A stretch of DNA of 31,045 bases from Octopus sinensis (Eukaryota): contig NW_021832345.1 in assembly GCF_006345805.1 (NCBI RefSeq), positions 1 through 31,045 on the forward strand, in the 5' to 3' direction. Shown here one piece after another: positions 10,761-23,257 of this stretch. The notes beneath the pieces were generated by a model. The model was not told the DNA's origin. It saw only the letters and a list, made by a program, of their open reading frames with translations, and did no database searches. Numbering within the stretch: the first letter of the stretch is position 1; the number at the start of each line of letters is the position of its first letter. Made by a program: the position numbers and the translations under genes.

Positions 10761-11476
10761 TACTGTAACGACCCCAAAATTAATGAAGTCGCTTAATTTA
10801 GCGATTCGGCCATTGTAAAGTAAAAAATGAAAGCGATAAAATTGATAAAAACTTTTGAAGTTGTGGCCCCAGCTCGGCCGTATTCTAATGATTGATATCA
10901 GAAACAAGAATATGGTTTACTTCGAAATCTGCTTATATTTTACTTCGCAGAATTTCAAGCTAGTCAGAAGCGAAGTGACAAAGACACTTTGTTAAATCAA
11001 GTTTGTTTTCAGTGTTTGGTGAATAACGTGAGTACGTGTCCATGTGTACACAGATGTGGGTGTATATTTGTATATAGATGTAAATATATATACGTGAATG
11101 CCCATGAAATCAACTCATATATGTATGTATATTTCCATATAAATGTACGAATGCGTGTATGTATGCATATATGTATGTATGTATGTATGCATATATGTAT
11201 GTATATGTATGTTTGTTTGTGTGCATGTGTATGTACGTGTATTTGCTGCAAATGTGAACTTGTGTATATGTGCGTATGTATGCGTGAATGCATGAATGTG
11301 TGTCAGGGTGCATCTTATGTGGTTTGGTTAAAGGTTTTTATCAGCAAAGAAAACATTTTATGATAATGCACGGCAGTGTGTCTATTAAAACAATTAGCAC
11401 CGCACACTAGCACATGGACGCACAGACACTCACAATCCAATAGGCATACACACACATACTACATAGTATATGCATA

Positions 11477-11511
<35 letters not shown>

Positions 11512-11950
11512 TACATACGTAAATACATATACTATATAGATATATAGATATACATACATATGCATACATAAATACATATACTATATTTATATATATATAC
11601 ACATACATACATAAATACACATACATATATATATATATATTATATATAATATATATATATATATAGATATAGATATACATACATATACATACATAAATAC
11701 ATATACTTTATATATATATATATACATGTATTAATACATTTGTACAAACTATATATATGTATGTATGTATAGATATACATAAACATATACATATCTACGT
11801 ACACACACATATATAAATATATATATACACTATATATATGTATGTATGTATGTATATTTGTAAATTATATATTCATATGTATGTAAATATATGTATATGT
11901 ACGTATATATGTATAGTATATAATATGTATGTAGAGTATATCTATATATA

Positions 11951-11985
<35 letters not shown>

Positions 11986-12439
11986 CGCACATATACATAC
12001 ACATACACACATGGAAACGCTATTTCGTGCGAAGTTTTTTCACAGGCACAAAAGCAAAATGCATAAAAGACAGAGAATAGCTACGACCTCGCAACCATGA
12101 TGTCACACATAATCTTCCACCCCCACCCCATCCCACTACACAGCTACTCACATTCACGCAACGCAAGTCCTTCGTTGCCTAATTCTTTGTCATACATATA
12201 TATGACTGACTGACTGCATGTGTGTGAGTATCTGTGTGTGTGTGTGTGTGTGTGTTGTGTGCTTTTACCTTTTTTTTCGGCCGACTTTCCCTAGGGAGTT
12301 ATCTCACTCTTATTATAGAAGGAACCTTCGTAAAGCGGAAGTGAAGAAGCCAGACACAAATTTTGTCATCTTTGTTCTAAAAGACGCCATCTTGTTACAG
12401 ACGCCATCTTGTTACAGACGCTGAACTATATAACATTTG

Positions 12440-12545
12440 ATGTTGCAGTGGTTGTTGCAGCTGTTGTTGCAGCTGTTGTTGTTGTTGTTGTTGTTGTTGC
12501 CGATGCTGCTGTTAATGCTACTGTTGTTGTTGTTACCGTTATTGT
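12440..12545. repeat. (GTT/GCT)n trinucleotide tract
   Basis: Directly visible. Confidence 0.85.
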
Positions 12546-13150
12546 CTTCGACATCGTATCTTTTGCAGCTATTGGCTGGTGGTGTCACTGCTCTAGTTCT
12601 CTTCCACCTCGTTTCTTTGGCAGCTGTTGTTGATGCCTTTGTTGTTGTTATCGTGGTCATCCCTATCGCTTGCAGTCGTTACTTTTGTTCGATTTTATCC
12701 TCAAGTCATTTCTGTTCAATCAATTCTTTGATCAAAGACATTTAAAAGACGATTGACCATTCCATATTTGTTTAGATCTTGTCTACTTCGGGCTATATTA
12801 TCGAATGTGTCGTGTCTCGTCTCTAAGACATCTGTAAAACCCAAACTCTGAAAATTTGGCTGCTTTTTCTGGAAGGCTGATTGGCTAAAAAGAAACTGCT
12901 TCTTTGTATTACATTTATGACTGTTCTTCATTCCCCCTGGTCATCTTTGAGCGAGGAGGCCTACAATGAAAGGTATTCTAACTACGGCCAACACGTCGAT
13001 TTAGGACTGTATAAACTAAAGTTTTTTTCTTTCTTTTCATTATACATGGTGTGATTTTTAGACAGGTTGGGTGCTTTTCTAGCATGTTCTGCATACAGAC
13101 TCCCTCTTTGGCATGTGTAACATTCCTTTATATATTATATATATATATAT

Positions 13151-13222
<72 letters not shown>

Positions 13223-13296
13223 TGCGTGTGAAGTACTTGTATGTAATGAAAATAAAGAAAAATATTGAAAAAACGGCTATATACGTTGATATGTTT

Positions 13297-13431
13297 GCGT
13301 GGTAACGAAGTTCGTTTCGTACGGCTCCATCTTGGGCAAGTGTCTCTCATTATGGCTCTGGACAAATGAAAGCCTTTTCACTGAATTTGGTAGACGGAAA
13401 CTATGCGGTGGTCTATCTGTCTGTCTATATA

Positions 13432-13484
<53 letters not shown>

Positions 13485-13550
13485 GTGTGTGCCTTTGTGT
13501 TTGCCTCTCCTCTACGGCTTGACAGCCAGTGTTGGTTTGTTTATGTCCCA
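13297..13550 (+). mobile_element. Decayed family B SINE with an internal (CT)n
   Basis: catcttgggcaagtgtct...tttggtagacggaaact, then (CT)n, then gcttgacagccagtgttggtttgtttatgtccc. Confidence 0.8.
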
Positions 13551-13823
13551 GGTTGGATGCACTCCAATGACTGAAGCAGGAGAAAGAGTAAAACAAGAGA
13601 GAAAGAAAACCAACGTAAACAAGGCACTGTGTATACTCCGTAGGGGTTGCACAGAGACATGCTCGGTAGTGCTGTGAAAGCATGCAGGGAAAATAATATT
13701 AACAACAACAACAACCTCAACAACAGCAACAACAACATAAAAAACTACATCACAACAACTACCAGAACAACAGCAGCAGTAGCCTCAGCAAAAACATTTA
13801 CAAAAACAACAACAATAATAATT

Positions 13824-14799
13824 ATTTCAAATTTTTGCCAGAAGGGTAGTTTAGGGGAAGTGGGTATGAGTCGATTACATCGACCCCAGTGTTCAACTGG
13901 TACTTATTTTATCGACCTGGAAAGGATGAAAATCAACAACAATAATAACAATATCCCTTCTATTATTGGCACCAGATCTGAAAATTTGTGGGGAGGGATA
14001 AGCCGATACCATTGATCCCCATAACTGAAATGGTACTTATTTCATTGACCCCTAGAGCAAATAAGGTAAAATAGACCTTGGCGGAATTTGAAGCCAGGGG
14101 GTAAAGACGGACAAAACTCCGTTAAGCATTTTGTCCGGCATATTAACAATCCTGTGAGCTCGCTCGCCTTAATGATAATAGTAATCCTTTCTACTCTATA
14201 GGCACAAGGCCTGGAATTTCTGGGGAGGGGGATAGTCGATTACATCGACCCCGTTATTTAACTGGTACTTAATTTACCGTCCCCGAAAAGATGAAAGGCA
14301 AAGTGGACCTCCACGTAATTCGAACTTAAAGCGTAAAGACTGACGAAATGCGTGCTGACGACTGTGCTAGTTCGCCACCTTATTAATAATAATAATAATG
14401 ATAATAATTTCAAATATTTGCCACAAGGGCAGCTCGGGAGAGGGGATTAAGCCGATTGCATCGACTCAAGTGTTTCACTAGTACTCAATCTATCGACCCC
14501 GAAAGGATGAAAGGCAAAGTCAACCTCAGCGGAATTTGAACTCAGAACGTAGCGACGGATGTAATACCTATTTCTTTACTACCCACAAGGGGCTAAACAC
14601 AGAGGAGACAAACGAGGACAGACAAACGGATTAAGTCGATTATATCGACCCCAGTGCGTAACTGGTACTTATTTAATCGACCCCGAAAGGATGAAAGGCA
14701 AAATCGGCCTCGGCGGAATTTGAACTCAGAACACAACGGCAGACGAAATACCGCTAAGCATTTCGCCCGGCGTACTAACGATTCTGTCAGCTCGCCGCC
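13824..14799 (-). mobile_element. Tandem train of five family A SINE units in the same orientation
   Basis: Units at about 13824-13932, 13953-14170, 14185-14381, 14407-14568 and 14569-14799. The first four are separated by short (AAT/AAC)n spacers, the last two are fused directly, and tail types differ. Confidence 0.9.
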
Positions 14800-16398
14800 A
14801 ATAATAATAGTTATAATAATTAATAATGATAATAAAGTAAGGAGCGAAATTATTCAGAAAGATTAAAAGAAACGGATGAGAAGCCTGTCAGTGAGTAAAA
14901 GAACGTAAATATAAGAGGGGAGTAACAGGGATCAAGGATGGAATGGTAAAAGTAGAGTAAAATAAAATAAAAATAAAATAAAAATAAACAAAATGGCCCA
15001 TCACATAAAATAAACATTTACAAGTAATTTGATAACGCGAAAACAAAAAAGAGAATGCCCTTATTTCAATGTATCCTCCATATATTTATGAGTGGAAGTA
15101 TGACTGAATGTACGCTTCTACATGTGTGTGTATGCGCATATATAATACTTGTGTGTATATAAATACATACACAGATACAAATACACACAGCCTTACATAC
15201 ACATGGCGTTTCGTGCATGAATGCAAGGCATTTAATGCATGCTTTAAGATACATAAAATGTATTTTTAATTTTCCTCAGAGATGGCTGGAAACACTGTAT
15301 AGTACTACTTATATTTCTATGGCTTTTAAACTGCATGCTCTAGCCTAAATACCAGGAGTCACTCCGTATATCTCTTGTATATCTGTACGGTTTCGTGTTC
15401 GTTCACTCAGATGGATATATACGCGTCTATATTGGCAGACATCTTGTGCACTCATGAATACGTACATACATTCTTACACACACATGGATAGCGAGTAATT
15501 TGCCATTATAGAATAGGGATATTTCTGTCATTAATCAGTTCGTTAGCAGCAATAGTAATAAATATCTCATGCATTTATTCAGTTCGATTTCGTGAATTTT
15601 ATTCTTTGATGGTTAATTTGTTGCCCCAATAATAAATTCGCTTATACCAAGAATTATACTTCAAACAATGATTCTGTTATCAAGACAAGTAGGCATGCAC
15701 AACACTGCTTTCTTTCGAGAACTCCAAACAAATATTAAGAATGATGCTAATTCTTTTGATCTAGCGATTAGCGGTTTGGACCCTACGGAAATTTGTTCAA
15801 TGATTACAGAGTGGCATATGACGCGACGATGGGTTCGTTACTATGTGCAATATGAATTACAAAGAGTTAGGAAATCTCGTTGCAGGCTCAGCATTAAATA
15901 TTACGTTGAATATACACTTACACATATTAAATATCATAGCTATCATTGTAAATTTAGAAATGATTAAGAAAAAAACAAATTATGAAGCCAGAAGAAACTT
16001 CTCAGTAGACAAATATTTACTTCAAACCACTCGTTTTTCATAATAAATAATTTAGTGAAACTCTTAGTGTACAATTATTCGGTACTTCATCTGACATATG
16101 TAGCTTCAACAAAGCAGATCCTTATTATAATTAAGCGTTTAAATAGGTTTTTATGACAAGGTTAATAAATTAAATAATATTATAACTACTTCACAAACAC
16201 GGAAATATGGAAACCATAAAAGTATTTAGTGCCCCGTGAAGTTTTAATGCGAGCACATACAACGCTAAAAATTATAGGGTAAATATTTTCCGAAAATAAA
16301 GATATAAGTTTTTTAATAGAACAAAAAAAAAACATTATATTAAATTTCAGTTACATATAATTCTGACACAGCGAGTGCAAGCATTAACAGTATAAATC

Positions 16399-16803
16399 AG
16401 GAGTGGCAGTGTGGTAAGTAGCTTGCTAACCAACCACATGGTTCCGGGTTCAGTCCCACTGCGTGGCATCTTGGGCAAGTGTCTTCTGCTATAGCCTCGG
16501 GCCGACCAAAGCCTTGTGAGTGGATTTGGTTGACGGAAACTGAAAGAAGCCTGTCGTATATATGTATATATATATATATATATAGAAGTGTGTGTGTATA
16601 TATGTTTGTGTGTCTGTGTTTGTCCCCCTAGCATTGCTTGACAACCGATGCTGGTGTGTTTACGTCCCCGTCACTTAGCGGTTCGGCAAAAGAGACCGAT
16701 AGAATAAGTACTGGGCTTACAAAAGAATAAGTCCCGGGGTCGATTTGCTCGACTAAAGGCGGTGCTCCAGCATGGCCGCAGTCAAATGATTGAAACAAGT
16801 AAA
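16399..16803 (+). mobile_element. Family B SINE (tRNA head, CORE-like domain, internal microsatellite); best-preserved copy
   Basis: A-box-like tggcagtgtgg (16404-16414), B-box-like ggttcagtccc (16447-16457), CORE-like cttgggcaagt (16470-16480), internal (TA)n(TG)n at about 16556-16620, and a 3' half ending gaaacaagtaaa. Confidence 0.92.
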
Positions 16804-17180
16804 AATCTTAAACAGCTCTCTACATCTCATTCTTCGCATTCTTGCAATTGTTTTAACGGCGCAAGCATAAATAATAAAAGCATTAAATAATCGAGGCGTT
16901 TGAAATCAATAGTTTATTGCCGGAAGTATTTACAACCAGCAATTAAGTTTGTAAGGTTTATGTCAGGTTGAGAGAAAATCATTTTAAGTTACGATGTAAA
17001 CAGCTTCAATCCTGAAAGGTTTAATAGAAATTTATGGAAATACATCTGGACATTAAAACAATAGATTAGAAATAACAAAATTCGTTGGCAAGTTCTTAGA
17101 GTATACTAAACTTTATATGCAAGGAAACGATGGTTGACATGTTTCCAAGTCAGAACAGAAGAATGCATTGGAATTCTATC

Positions 17181-17378
17181 TTAACGCTTATGTTACGAGA
17201 TTTGTACTGAAATGCACTAATTTTGTCTCAATCTTTGAGAATAACGAAGAATTTGGTAAAATAATTTTGTCATTTAGCTTGTACTTCGAACATAACGCAA
17301 AATTTTGATGGGAGATTTTAAGTTAGATAACATTAAAAATCAGGGAATTGTCGAGTGGATTACTATCTGAAGGATTAA
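17181..17378. mobile_element. Possible decayed piggyBac-type MITE
   Basis: TTAA at both ends (17181-17184 and 17375-17378). The termini are weakly inverted (ttaacgcttatgtta vs ttaatccttcagata, 10/15). Resemblance to a common octopus repeat is from memory only. Confidence 0.35.
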
Positions 17379-18279
17379 ATACCGGTTCTGAGCTAATTCA
17401 TTTTGTTAAAGTAAAGTAAAATTTTTAAATGAAATATTTTAAAATGCCAAACGGCTGCTGAGAACTTTGTACCAAATTGTTAAATGCTGCAAACGAATGA
17501 AAAGGTTAATTTTTTTTTCATAACAGGCTCCTCACATTTACCGTTTTTTGACGGGGTGGGGGCTGGGGTGGGACAATGAAATTTTTGCTGAAATAGCTCA
17601 AAATACGTAACAGACAGAAGTTGAATAATTACATATCATACTGATATATACTCAATACAAAACTTCATTTTGTTACCGTATGCCACAATTTATATTCATT
17701 TAATAAGCATGCATGTAAATGAATGTGTACGTGTATCTAAATATGCATAAATGTATGAATGCATATATATATATATATATACCAGACGTAAATGGCAGCT
17801 CGGAACATAGTACAATATATGGAGGGTATAAGTAAATTTCAAACGACCATGCCAATATATATATCGGCATGGTACATACACGCGCGCGCACACATACACA
17901 CACACTAACACTCACACATATATATACTTATATATATACACATCAGTAATTGAAATTAAATATCTACCTCGCGACTCGAGTTTCATGCAAAAGGATCGAG
18001 GTGGCGTGATCCTCAAGTGTGCAATAAACACGGTTGTTCCATTTGTTCCACATAATTCGTCGTACAGTGACGCTTGACACGCCTCTGCAGAAACGAGTCA
18101 TCCGTAGGAATCGCTTAAATATCACAAGTGTCTGACAACTCGAGACGTAATGATGCAATGGATGGATTATATATTAAGAATGACATTTTTAACAACCATA
18201 TTGAATGATATATATGTGCATGCGCGTGTATAAGTTTGTGTGTGTATATACATACATACATACATATATGTATGTGTGC

Positions 18280-18333
<54 letters not shown>

Positions 18334-18487
18334 CGTATGTGTATGTATATGTATAAATATGTATATGAAGATGTGTGTGTATGTATGTATATATATATAT
18401 ATGTAGGTCCCGGGTTGAGTCGGGGTTAACCACAGTAAATAAGGTACTCAATACATAGCAGAGTAAATTAATTTATTTTATAGAAGG

Positions 18488-18538
18488 AGCTTCTACAGGA
18501 CTAGAACTGTTTCATTCAAAAGAAATCATCAGGAAGCT
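18488..18538 (-). ncRNA. Type I hammerhead ribozyme motif (minus strand)
   Basis: agcttc-CTGATGA-t ttc tttt gaa t-GAAA-cag ttctagtc ctGTA-gaagct. Stem I is 6 bp, stem II is 3 bp closed by a U.U pair, stem III is ACAG/CTGT, and the cleavage triplet is GUA. Confidence 0.7.
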
Positions 18539-18649
18539 AGGTGACAAGAATAGTTTTGGCATTTATACACTTAGGCAGGTCTAAAGGGGTGGTGGTAGGG
18601 GACTTTAAACCTGCCTAAGTGATAAATGCCAAAACTATTCTTGTCACCT

Positions 18650-18700
18650 AGCTTCCTGATGATTCTTTTTGAATGAAACAGTTCTAGTCCTGTAGAAGCT
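18650..18700 (+). ncRNA. Type I hammerhead ribozyme motif (plus strand, weaker stem II)
   Basis: agcttc (18650-18655), CTGATGA (18656-18662), GAAA (18675-18678), stem III acag/ctgt, GUA (18692-18694), gaagct (18695-18700). The stem II register is disrupted relative to the minus copy. Confidence 0.55.
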
Positions 18701-18769
18701 CCTTCTATATAAAATAAAATAAAATATATATATATATATATACACATGGCGGCCGAATCGAACTGTTTA

Positions 18770-18877
18770 AATAATAAAATGATAACAACAACAACAACAA
18801 CAATAATAATAATAATAATAATAATAACAACAACAATAACAATAATAATAATGATAATAATAATAATAATAATGATA

Positions 18878-18932
<55 letters not shown>

Positions 18933-19092
18933 CATAATAATAATAATAATAATAATGATAATAATCCTTTCTAATATAGGAACAAGGTCAGATAACCAAT
19001 TCCAAACTCCAAAAGGATGAAACGTGAAGACGGACGAAATACCGCCAGGCATTTTGCACAGCGTGTGCTAGCTACTCTGTCCGTTCGCCGCC
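18770..19092 (-). mobile_element. Internally deleted family A SINE (18965-19092) with a long (AAT/AAC)n tract at its tail end (18770-18964)
   Basis: tcctttctaatatagg tail, ccaaaaggatgaaacgtgaagacggacgaaataccg, ttcgccgcc head end. Confidence 0.75.
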
Positions 19093-19346
19093 ATATTAAT
19101 ACTTATATATATATATGCATAATATTTTTGCTTCTACCTGCCACCTGCATGTTTTAACTCCCACTACATACCATTCCCGTCACTTTCTGACGATCGACAC
19201 CTCACATTCGCAGTACCGACGCATTCCTTCACTCTGCAGTACAACAGATATCGTACGGCATACTATCAGTCATTAACAAGGTGACATTGCTATACTTAGA
19301 ACACACACGTGCGCAGCACATACACAGCTGTGCGTGTGTGCGTGTG

Positions 19347-19387
<41 letters not shown>

Positions 19388-19704
19388 TTGTTATTCATTC
19401 ATTCACCACTCGAAGCTGCTATAATTCTTCCGTTTCTATCTTATTACAGTCTTGTTGGCGACTTACATATATACGGGTGTGCGCATGTATAATGTCAGTG
19501 CATGCATTTGTATACATACATGCATGTATGTATGTATATATACATATATATATATATATACATGTATATATATATATATACATGTTTATATATATACATA
19601 TATATACACACAGACACACACATATATATGTATGGAAAAAGGAGTGCAAGATGCGTATATATATATAAACATATATATATATAGTGTGTGTGTGTGTGTG
19701 TGCG

Positions 19705-20072
19705 AGTCTTTGCGTCTGCGTTTGTCTCCCCACCTCATCGATTAGCAACCGGTGTTGGTGTATTTACGTCCCAATAACTTATCGGCTCGCCAAAAGAGAC
19801 CGATAGTTGAAATACTAGGCTCAAAAAATTAAGTCCGTTGCATACATGTATATATATATGTATGTCTGTGTATATGCTTGTCTTAACCCCCATCCCAACA
19901 TCGCTTGACAACCGTTACTGGTGTGTTTACATCCCCGTAACTTAGCGGTTCGGCTAAAGAGAGAGATAGAATAAGTACTAGGCTTACAAATAATAAGTCC
20001 TGGGGTCGATTTGCTCGACTAAAGGCAGTGCTACAGTATGGCCCCAGTCAAATGACTGAAACAAGTAAAAGA
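19705..20072 (+). mobile_element. Two tandem family B SINE 3' halves (about 19705-19836 and 19880-20072)
   Basis: Both contain caaccg..tggtgt.tttac.tccc..taactta.cgg.tcg; the second runs to gactgaaacaagtaaaaga. Confidence 0.85.
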
Positions 20073-20073
20073 G

Positions 20074-20129
<56 letters not shown>

Positions 20130-20377
20130 TATATAGATACACATATAATATATACATATCTATATATATATTTATACACACATATATATATACACACATA
20201 TACATACATTATATATATACATATATATACATACACATACGTACATATATACATATGTATATATATATATAAATATATATATATACATATATGTATATAT
20301 ATATATACATATGTATATATATATATATAATATATATATATATATACATATGTATATATATAATATATATAATACGA

Positions 20378-20422
<45 letters not shown>
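20073..20422. repeat. (TA)n-rich tract
   Basis: Directly visible. Confidence 0.95.
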
Positions 20423-20954
20423 CACCACACACCCACTAACGTATCTGTGGAGGCCTTCCCTCAGCGAACCAGTCACTAAGTTGTGTATGACACATATTTT
20501 AGCAGAAGGAAATTAATAGAAAATTTTTATGTTCTTTTCACTTTACATCGTTTGTGTTTTGTACTGTAGTCATATGTACAAATGTATCCCCCGCATCACA
20601 CACCTACATATGCTACCCCCACGCAGCATTCACACTCATACACACCTACATACAGATACCCGAATACCCGAATACATACACTTGTAAGTTGCACCCTAAT
20701 AATATTTACGTTATTGTTTTGCAGAGTTATAGTACAAGCGCACATAGGAAAAGATTATAAGCGGGAGCATGTGTGCTTGTGTGTGATTATGTGCTTATGT
20801 GTGTACTTGTGATCTTGTGCGTGTGTGTTCGCGGACGTAAGTATGTATGTATGCACGTATGTGTTTGTATGTATGAAAGTACATATATATCTATTTGTCT
20901 GTCTGTGCGTTTCTCTGTCAGTCTGTATGTATGCGTGTGTCTATGTATGTACAT

Positions 20955-20964
20955 ATCTACCTAT

Positions 20965-21057
<93 letters not shown>

Positions 21058-21073
21058 CATCTATCTCTCCATC

Positions 21074-21142
<69 letters not shown>

Positions 21143-21180
21143 GTCTATCCATCCATCCATCCATCCATCCATCCATCCAT

Positions 21181-21228
<48 letters not shown>
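20955..21228. repeat. (TATC)n-(CATC)n-(TA)n compound microsatellite
   Basis: Directly visible. Confidence 0.95.
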
Positions 21229-21230
<2 letters not shown>

Positions 21231-21370
21231 TTTATACACACACATAGAGCTCTCACTCACGGTTATTTACTCACAGGCTAATGTAAACAATTAGAGAATG
21301 GGAGAGAGAGATAGCAAAAAAAAGAAAACTAGAAATAAGTGGGAGTGTGAGGAAGGAGGAGGAGGAGGAG

Positions 21371-21417
<47 letters not shown>

Positions 21418-21762
21418 ATGAAGATGAGAAAGTTGAGTTACAAATCGTGTTCTCTTCGTTCACTTTCACACACACACATTCACGTATGCATAGAATACAC
21501 CTAATTATATATATAAATTCGTAAGTATATACATATTTATGTATACATTTATATACGCACATACACACACACACATGTATATACATGTATACACACACAC
21601 ACACACCCACACACACACACACATATATATATATGTAGAAAAATACAAACTGGGACAAGAACGTAAAACATTTAGAAGACGATACAAAAAAACACGGACG
21701 GGACATTCGAAGTCTTCAATCTTCAGTCAAGAACCGGATCATCCTAGCAATTTCGGCTATGT

Positions 21763-22010
21763 GGAAGCGCGTGGCTTAGTGGTTAGGGTGTTGAACTCAT
21801 GATCGTAAAGTTGTGGTTTCGATTCCTGGACCGGGCGATGTGTTGTGTTCTTGAGCAAAATACTTCATTTCACGTTGCTCCACTCCATTCAGCTGGCAAA
21901 AATGTGTAATCCTGCGACGGACCGGTGTCCCATCCAAGTGGGGAATTTCTACGCCACAGAAACCGGGAACCGGCCCTTATGAGCCTGGCATGGCTCGAGA
22001 AGGAACATTT
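21763..22010 (+). mobile_element. tRNA-derived SINE, family C, with an alternative tail
   Basis: A box tggcttagtgg (21772-21782), B box ggtttcgattcc (21815-21826), body gttgtgttcttgagcaaaatacttcatttcacgttgctcca shared with the 700-1086 copy; the 3' tail differs. Confidence 0.88.
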
Positions 22011-22351
22011 ATATTTATACATATGTATGTATATGTATGCGCATGTATATGTATATATACATATGTATGTATAAATGTGTGTGTGCGTATGTACACACAC
22101 ACACACACTTACCCCCACCCCTAAACAACACTCACTTCAAGCGCGCGCACATAAATCCATCCCTCATCAGCTTCCTTGTGAAATAAACGTGTAGATAGCT
22201 GAGTGTTTATTCCACTGAATGCTCAGCTATCCACACGTTACGATGTGTCAGTCAGAACACGGAATCAGTATGACGCACCGTGAGACGAGCTGTCTACCTC
22301 GGATGACGAATGCACTCCAGGCAGAAACGAAATATGCATATGTACCTTTCA

Positions 22352-22552
22352 TCTTTCATTCATTGCACGGCGGCCATGCTGGGGCACCACCTTCCAGTGG
22401 TTCAGTAATACAAAGCGATACCAGTACTTCATTGTCTTGTTGTTGTTGTTGTTGATAAGCCTAGTACTTATCGGTCAGCTACGTTTTATTGAACCGCTAC
22501 GTTACGGGGCTTCAAACCAAAACCGGCTGCCAAGCAGCGAGGGTGGAGGGTA
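22352..22552 (-). mobile_element. Decayed family B SINE, 3' half
   Basis: gcggccatgctggggcaccacc...aagcctagtactta...gaaccgctacgttacgggg. Confidence 0.75.
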
Positions 22553-22555
22553 CAC

Positions 22556-22602
<47 letters not shown>

Positions 22603-22781
22603 ACACACACACACACACACACGCACGCACACACACACGGCTAATCCTTCGGCATTAGTAAACGACCCCATTCGTCTACACAATATTTCCTCATTACATA
22701 GGTAGAGGCTTGGCTGAAAAAACATGATGTCGTCTATTTGTACCGAAAGATTAATTATAATATAATATTATGTGTGTGTAT

Positions 22782-22840
<59 letters not shown>

Positions 22841-23170
22841 CACTTCGTTTTTGTATCTAGTTTGCAAGATTCTTTATATGAATTCATGTGTTTAAGCAAA
22901 TTTTGTTGCATCTGGGGAGAGTCATATTATATTGTCTTAATGCCTTATTATCTAACACACTCACCGGTTCGATTTCCACTCATTTATCATTTATACTTTT
23001 TCTTCCAAAATTTTCGTTGCTTTTGCAGCGTTGATAGGTTACATGTACCGTGCTATCGCCAATTGTTTCAGGTGCCTGTTTAGTCGTGAGAAGACATCAA
23101 TATCCTCTCAGACCTCCCTCACTTGATCGGACTGAACATAATTGACTGTGGCAGATGGAGAGTGAAGGAG

Positions 23171-23219
<49 letters not shown>

Positions 23220-23257
23220 CGGTGGTGGAACTGTACCAGCAACCGGGTGGTGCTTAT

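Larger units (their letters stand above)
18403..18718. mobile_element. Penelope-like pLTR with an inverted duplication (fold-back), inserted in (TA)n
   Basis: Arms 18472-18586 and 18603-18718 are near-perfect reverse complements around a 16-nt loop. The minus-strand arm carries a TATA-like tataaat, a hammerhead core, AATAAA and a 70-bp tail running into (AT)n. Confidence 0.75.

Noticed and set aside
13824-14799. Repeat-spacer pattern superficially like a CRISPR array
   Set aside because: Units are 100-230-bp SINE copies with (AAT)n linkers in eukaryotic DNA, and there are no cas genes.
15263-15300. Splice-acceptor-like ttttcctcag followed by ATG
   Set aside because: The ATG frame stops within a few codons and there is no convincing donor site.
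21634-21758. Minus-strand CTGAAGA...GAATGTC as a hammerhead
   Set aside because: The GAAA box and stem I are not satisfied. It is probably a repeat fragment cut by the family C SINE, but I cannot classify it.
21763-21836. tRNA gene (A and B boxes, CAT anticodon-like loop); similarly 1010-1082
   Set aside because: The acceptor and anticodon stems do not pair properly and the sequence continues into a SINE body, so it is a SINE head.
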